From positions 16,256 through 80,255 of the forward strand of contig CAYMZG010000006.1 of assembly GCA_964394925.1 (NCBI GenBank): DNA of 64,000 bases, read 5' to 3'. The position numbers were made by a program, and so were the translations under genes. The notes below the pieces were generated by a model. The model ran no database searches. It was not told where the DNA came from and saw only the letters and a list, made by a program, of their open reading frames with translations. This document shows, piece after piece, positions 59,950 through 64,000 of this stretch. This stretch comes from an uncultured Candidatus Saccharibacteria bacterium. Lineage in GTDB: Bacteria; Patescibacteriota; Saccharimonadia; Saccharimonadales; CAYLGV01. The first letter of the stretch is position 1. Every line of letters starts with the position of its first letter.

Positions 59950-61038
59950 ATGGAAAACCTTGTAAAACAGGCCGAAGAACTATCGGCTGCGATTGAGCAG
60001 GCACTCAAGAAGCTCGATCTTGAGCAGCTCGAAACGCGGCTAGCCGAAGTACAGAAACAAACGGCCGACCCGCAGTTATGGTCTGATCAAGCACGCGCGC
60101 AAAACCTCATGAAGGAACAATCGACTCTCGAGGGACGTATTCAACCCTGGCGCCAGTTGCAAGCAAGCGTTAAGGATATACAAGAACTATCGGCACTACA
60201 TGACGATAGCCTCCAGGATGATTTAACCCATCAGCTCGAAACAGTCCAAGCTTCTTTTGAAAGTCTCAAAACACAGCTCATGTTTGACGGGCCATATGAT
60301 GATCACGACGCGATTGTGAGTATTCATGCCGGTGCGGGTGGGACCGACGCGCAGGATTGGGCGCAGATGCTCCTACGCATGTATGTGCGTTATGCCGAAC
60401 AACAAAAGTTTTCGGTTACGACAGTTGAGCAATCGAGTGGGGAAGAAGCAGGCATAAAAAGCGTCACGTTTGAAGTTAATGGCCCGTTTGCATTCGGTAA
60501 TCTAAAAGGTGAGCATGGCGTACATAGGCTTGTGCGGTTGAGCCCATTTAACGCCGATAATTTACGCCAAACCAGCTTTGCCAAGGTAGAAGTAATGCCC
60601 AAAATTGACCAACCCGACGATGTGCAAATTGATGAAAAAGACCTTAAGGTAGATGTGTACAGAAGCGGTGGGCATGGTGGCCAGTCGGTTAACACCACCG
60701 ACTCAGCCGTTCGTGTTACGCACCTGCCAACGGGCATTGTGGTGGCAATTCAAAACGAACGTTCACAACTCCAGAATAAAGAAACAGCTATGACCATACT
60801 GCGCTCCAAGCTCGCTCAGCTCCAACTTGAACAACACCTCGAAAACCTCGCAGATCTTAAGGGGCCAAATGAGCAAGCTGCTTGGGGAAATCAAATACGC
60901 TCGTATGTACTACACCCGTATAAACAGGTTAAAGACCTTCGTACAAATCACGTAGAAACGGACGCCGAAGCAGTGCTTGATGGTAACTTGCGGCCGTTTA
61001 TTAAAGCCTATCTGACAAGCGAAGTAAGTGCCAGTTAG
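59950..61038 (+). CDS. prfB: Peptide chain release factor 2, single uninterrupted frame
   Basis: The SPF tripeptide (RLSPFNADNLRQTSF) and GGQ motif ([24 protein letters not shown]) are present. The start is chosen at MENLVKQ from the promoter geometry. In-frame alternatives exist at 59941 and 59908. Confidence 0.92.
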   Translation: MENLVKQAEELSAAIEQALKKLDLEQLETRLAEVQKQTADPQLWSDQARAQNLMKEQSTLEGRIQPWRQLQASVKDIQELSALHDDSLQDDLTHQLETVQASFESLKTQLMFDGPYDDHDAIVSIHAGAGGTDAQDWAQMLLRMYVRYAEQQKFSVTTVEQSSGEEAGIKSVTFEVNGPFAFGNLKGEHGVHRLVRLSPFNADNLRQTSFAKVEVMPKIDQPDDVQIDEKDLKVDVYRSGGHGGQSVNTTDSAVRVTHLPTGIVVAIQNERSQLQNKETAMTILRSKLAQLQLEQHLENLADLKGPNEQAAWGNQIRSYVLHPYKQVKDLRTNHVETDAEAVLDGNLRPFIKAYLTSEVSAS

Positions 61039-61079
61039 GGCCGACTTCGTAACGTGCTGGGCGTTGTAAACATAAATGG

Positions 61080-61085
61080 TATACT
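61080..61085 (+). promoter_or_regulatory. Extended -10 (TGgTATACT) 9 nt upstream of ftsE ATG; leaderless-type arrangement
   Basis: Sequence aaTGGTATACTagatcgtgaATG. Confidence 0.45.
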
Positions 61086-61094
61086 AGATCGTGA

Positions 61095-61883
61095 ATGATT
61101 CTTCTCGACAGGGTAACCAAAGTCTATAACCGCAGTAACACGGCGCTTGACCGCATTAGTTTGCATATTGAGCCGAAAGAATTCGTAGTGATTATTGGTA
61201 CGAGTGGTGCTGGTAAGTCTACGCTCCTAAAGCTGCTGACTAGGGAAGAGCGCCCGACCAGTGGCAAAATCGTTATTGGTGGGATTGATTACGATAAGCT
61301 CAAGGACCGAGACATTCCGCTACTTCGCCGCAAGATTGGCGTGGTGTTCCAAGACTTTAAGCTTTTGCCAAACAAAAATGTGTTCGAGAATGTGGCTTTT
61401 GCGCTTGAAATTGTTGGTTATGGCAATAACGAGATTAAGCACACCGTACCAAGGGTACTCGAAATTGTTGGTCTGAAAGGTAAAGAAAAGCGTATGCCTA
61501 TGGAGCTGTCTGGTGGTGAGCGTCAGCGTGTGGCGATTGCTCGTGCCATTGTGCGCCAACCAAAAATTCTGATTGCCGATGAGCCAACGGGCAATCTTGA
61601 CCCCAAATACGCCTGGGAAATTATTAAGATTCTCGAGAAAATTAACCACTATGGTACAACAGTTCTACTAACAACTCACAACCAAGAAATTGTGAATAAG
61701 CTCAAACGGCGGGTGATTACTATTAACGATGGTCGTATTGTGAGTGATCGAGCCAATGCAGAGTACCATGCATCGGGGCAAGCGGGGCAGGCTGTGTCAG
61801 CGCAGCAGACACATGCGAGCCTAGGGCAGGCACGGCAAACGGCACAGCGAGGTCAAATTCAACGCCCACAACCAAGGCAGTAA
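61095..61883 (+). CDS. ftsE: Cell-division ABC ATPase FtsE with Gln-rich C-terminal extension
   Basis: GTSGAGKSTLLKLL, LSGGERQRVAIARA and ILIADEPTGNLD match FtsE. The tail reads GQAGQAVSAQQTHASLGQARQTAQRGQIQRPQPRQ. Confidence 0.92.
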   Translation: MILLDRVTKVYNRSNTALDRISLHIEPKEFVVIIGTSGAGKSTLLKLLTREERPTSGKIVIGGIDYDKLKDRDIPLLRRKIGVVFQDFKLLPNKNVFENVAFALEIVGYGNNEIKHTVPRVLEIVGLKGKEKRMPMELSGGERQRVAIARAIVRQPKILIADEPTGNLDPKYAWEIIKILEKINHYGTTVLLTTHNQEIVNKLKRRVITINDGRIVSDRANAEYHASGQAGQAVSAQQTHASLGQARQTAQRGQIQRPQPRQ

Positions 61884-61886
61884 ACC

Positions 61887-62831
61887 ATGAAGCATCGCCT
61901 TATTACCCTCGGTCGTATCATTAAGGCAGGCGCACAGAACTTTGTGCGTAATGCCACGCTCGCCATTGCAGCCATTGCAGTGATGGTTATTACACTTAGC
62001 ATCATTCTGTTCTCGGTCATTGCGAATGCCACCTTTTCGAATACGATCGCGCAGATCACCGACAAAATTACTATTTCGGTATATTTGAAAGACAGTGTGA
62101 CTGAAGATCAAAAGAATCAGCTAATAACAGATCTGAATGGTATGGAAAACGTCAAAGAAGTGAAGTACCTCAGTAAGGATGATGCGCTGGAAAATTATAA
62201 GAAGCAGAATCAGAATAACCTCGATTTGCTACTAGCTATTTCACAAACCGACAACCCCATCCCAGCTACCATTATTATTCGTCCAAAAGACCCGAACAAA
62301 ATTCAGGACATTCAGTCGTATCTGGAAAAAACTGACATTCAAGCCCTGCAGTCCGACAAAACCTCGTATTCGGGCGACCGCAAAACAGCCCTCGATAAAA
62401 TTACCAAGGCGACCAAATTTATGCGCGAAGCTGGTATCGTTGGAGTGGTCATTTTTGCCACCGTCTCAATTCTGATTATCTTCAACACCATCCGTATGGC
62501 AATCTTTAACCGACGTGATGAACTGCAAATTATGCGCTTGCTCGGTGCTAGCACCAGCTATATTCGTGGGCCATTTATTGTTGAGACGGTTATGTACGGT
62601 ATTGTGGCGGCAGTTGTCTCAATCGCTCTTTGTAATCTGTTATTCACTATTTCATCCAACGCCTTTGATGCCAGTAGCCTGGGCTTGCTCGACATCAAAT
62701 ATGCCAGCGATTACTTTAATAGTCACTTCTGGCTGATTCTTGCCGGCCAGCTCTTTGTTGGTATACTAATAGGTGCCGCTTCTTCATTGATCGCGACTCG
62801 GCGGTATCTCAAATTCAAGACAAGCAAATAA
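61887..62831 (+). CDS. ftsX: Cell-division permease-like protein FtsX
   Basis: It lies immediately downstream of ftsE. N-terminal TM helix, an extracellular FtsX ECD-like domain (VKYLSKDDALENYKK), and a C-terminal 3-TM bundle. Confidence 0.9.
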   Translation: MKHRLITLGRIIKAGAQNFVRNATLAIAAIAVMVITLSIILFSVIANATFSNTIAQITDKITISVYLKDSVTEDQKNQLITDLNGMENVKEVKYLSKDDALENYKKQNQNNLDLLLAISQTDNPIPATIIIRPKDPNKIQDIQSYLEKTDIQALQSDKTSYSGDRKTALDKITKATKFMREAGIVGVVIFATVSILIIFNTIRMAIFNRRDELQIMRLLGASTSYIRGPFIVETVMYGIVAAVVSIALCNLLFTISSNAFDASSLGLLDIKYASDYFNSHFWLILAGQLFVGILIGAASSLIATRRYLKFKTSK

Positions 62832-62878
62832 ACAATCTCTTCAATTTCAATAACGAGTAAGTGGGGGTAACCTACAGA

Positions 62879-62907
62879 TTGAAAAATAAGCTTAAGCGTG
62901 ATATTAT
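62879..62907 (+). promoter_or_regulatory. Sigma70-like promoter of the coiled-coil CHAP hydrolase gene
   Basis: TTGAAA (62879-62884), a 17-nt spacer, then TATTAT (62902-62907). It lies 28 nt upstream of ATG 62936. Confidence 0.55.
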
Positions 62908-62935
62908 ACATACGACAATTAACGTCAAACAAACA

Positions 62936-64000
62936 ATGAAAACAAAGCTCCAACACTACCGAGTACGATTCATGGCCCTAACTGCCATTGCCGTCTTTGC
63001 TATTGGTGGGGTAGTAGTGCCCATGGTGCGAGCTGATCAGTTCGACGAGCAAATCAAGCAAATTCAAAGCGACTCAAGCAATAAACAGGCCGCCGTCGAT
63101 CAATTACAGGCCCAGGCCGAGAGCTACCAAGATGCTATAAACAAGCTGCAGCAACAGATTGTTGCCATTCAGGCTCAGATCAAGGCGAATGAAGCGAAAC
63201 GTGATGACTTACAGAATCAGATTAACGTGGCCGAGGCTGAGCTTGCCAAGCAAAAGAAGCTACTGGGCGAGAACATTAAGACCATGTATGTCGAAGGCGA
63301 GATCAGCACACTTGAGATGCTCGCCAGCAGTAAAGACCTAAGTGAGTTTCTAGACAAGCAACAGTACCGCACCGCGGTACAAGATAAGATCAAGACAACG
63401 CTCGACAAAATTAATGCCCTAAAGGTTCAACTCAAGGACCAAAAGCTACAAGTTGAGCAACTGCTTGCTAACCAGCAGGACATGAACAACCAACTCGGTG
63501 CCAACCAAGCTGAACAGAATCGCTTGTTGACTATGAACGTCGATCAGCAAAATTCCTACAATGCACAAATCAAGAATAACAGTGCACAAATTGCTGCACT
63601 ACGCGCTCAGCAGGCCGCCGCAAACCGCAAGCTCGGTGGTTCGGCTGAGGCTGGTGACCCTGGCCATGGTGGCTATCCAAATTACTTGTATGCCGCAGCA
63701 CAAGATAGCCTGGTTGATCCCTGGGGTATGTATAACCGTGAGTGTGTGAGCTACGCTGCCTGGAAGGTCTACCAAACCTATGGCCACATGCCGTACTGGG
63801 GTGGTCATGGTAATGCCAATCAGTGGCCAGCTAGCGCCCAAGCCGATGGCATCCCGACTGGTAGTACACCACGTGCGCAATCAGTTGCCATTTCAATGGC
63901 TGGTTATTATGGCCACGCCATGTGGGTAGAGCAGGTGTACTCCAATGGTTACATTCGTGTCAGTCAAATGAACTACGATCTCGCCGGTCACTACAGCGAA
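62936..64000 (+). CDS. PcsB-like secreted peptidoglycan hydrolase: signal/TM helix, long coiled coil, C-terminal CHAP domain (3'-partial)
   Basis: This ORF is not in the supplied track because it runs off the window. My own translation from ATG 62936 stays open for 355 codons to nt 64000. It reads MKTKLQHYRVRFMALTAIAVFAIGG, then about 200 aa of heptad-like Q/K/L/A-rich sequence. The CHAP signatures follow: NRECVSYAAWKV (catalytic Cys) and GHAMWVEQV (His). Confidence 0.85.
   Translation, partial: MKTKLQHYRVRFMALTAIAVFAIGGVVVPMVRADQFDEQIKQIQSDSSNKQAAVDQLQAQAESYQDAINKLQQQIVAIQAQIKANEAKRDDLQNQINVAEAELAKQKKLLGENIKTMYVEGEISTLEMLASSKDLSEFLDKQQYRTAVQDKIKTTLDKINALKVQLKDQKLQVEQLLANQQDMNNQLGANQAEQNRLLTMNVDQQNSYNAQIKNNSAQIAALRAQQAAANRKLGGSAEAGDPGHGGYPNYLYAAAQDSLVDPWGMYNRECVSYAAWKVYQTYGHMPYWGGHGNANQWPASAQADGIPTGSTPRAQSVAISMAGYYGHAMWVEQVYSNGYIRVSQMNYDLAGHYSE

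Noticed and set aside
1-64000. tRNA, rRNA, tmRNA, RNase P or SRP RNA genes, CRISPR arrays, transposases, integrases and toxin-antitoxin pairs.
   Set aside because: - Every gap longer than about 70 nt was read by eye: 12484-12970, 20316-20691, 28502-28643, 36692-37191, 55216-55329, 59824-59949 and 62832-62935.
- None shows cloverleaf-type arms, conserved RNA boxes or spaced direct repeats.
- A covariance-model scan would be needed to exclude divergent ncRNAs.

Overview
This 64-kb window comes from a small, tightly packed bacterial genome. It uses the standard genetic code, since both RF1 and RF2 are present, and many genes overlap by 1-4 nt. I found no rRNA, tRNA, CRISPR array, transposase or integrase.

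Taxonomic inference, not proof: a reduced-genome monoderm, most plausibly CPR/Patescibacteria (Saccharibacteria-like). The evidence is:
- a Firmicutes-like rpsB-tsf-frr-uppS-rseP-proS cluster that lacks pyrH, cdsA and dxr;
- short EF-Ts and ProRS;
- an LCP ligase and FtsEX followed by a coiled-coil CHAP hydrolase;
- no outer-membrane genes.

The window has two parts.

(1) nt 1-26820, about 42% of the window, is an accessory island of three co-oriented giant surface fibre/adhesin genes. They are >=4,160 aa (5'-truncated by the window edge), 2,108 aa and 2,042 aa. A 330-aa single-pass membrane protein sits among them.
- The giants share a parts list of modules: tail-fibre-like tip motifs, YadA-head-like repeats, CBM-like jelly rolls, a poly-glycine domain nested in an 18-blade Kelch array, and a shared ~65-aa module.
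- They contain long intragenic repeats.
- Two of them are preceded by unusual A/C-rich leader regions.
- This island is the best candidate for an undescribed system, namely a host or prey attachment apparatus.

(2) nt 26893-64000 holds about 40 housekeeping genes:
- parAB, lepB, LCP, htrA, prmC, prfA, rpmE;
- rpsB, tsf, frr, uppS, rseP, proS, greA, lysS;
- a MacB-like ABC pair, two RNA methyltransferases, serS, hpf, secA, an M16 peptidase, prfB and ftsEX.

Notable items in this part:
- a probable heliorhodopsin with a ~75-aa Lys/Thr/Ala-rich cytoplasmic N-terminal tail;
- about ten -10 boxes placed 6-11 nt upstream of start codons, suggesting leaderless mRNAs;
- a perfect 24-bp inverted repeat between parB and lepB;
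- a stand-alone Cas4-like PD-(D/E)XK nuclease;
- an ftsE-ftsX-pcsB-like module.

All functional calls rest on motifs read by eye. No database search was run.
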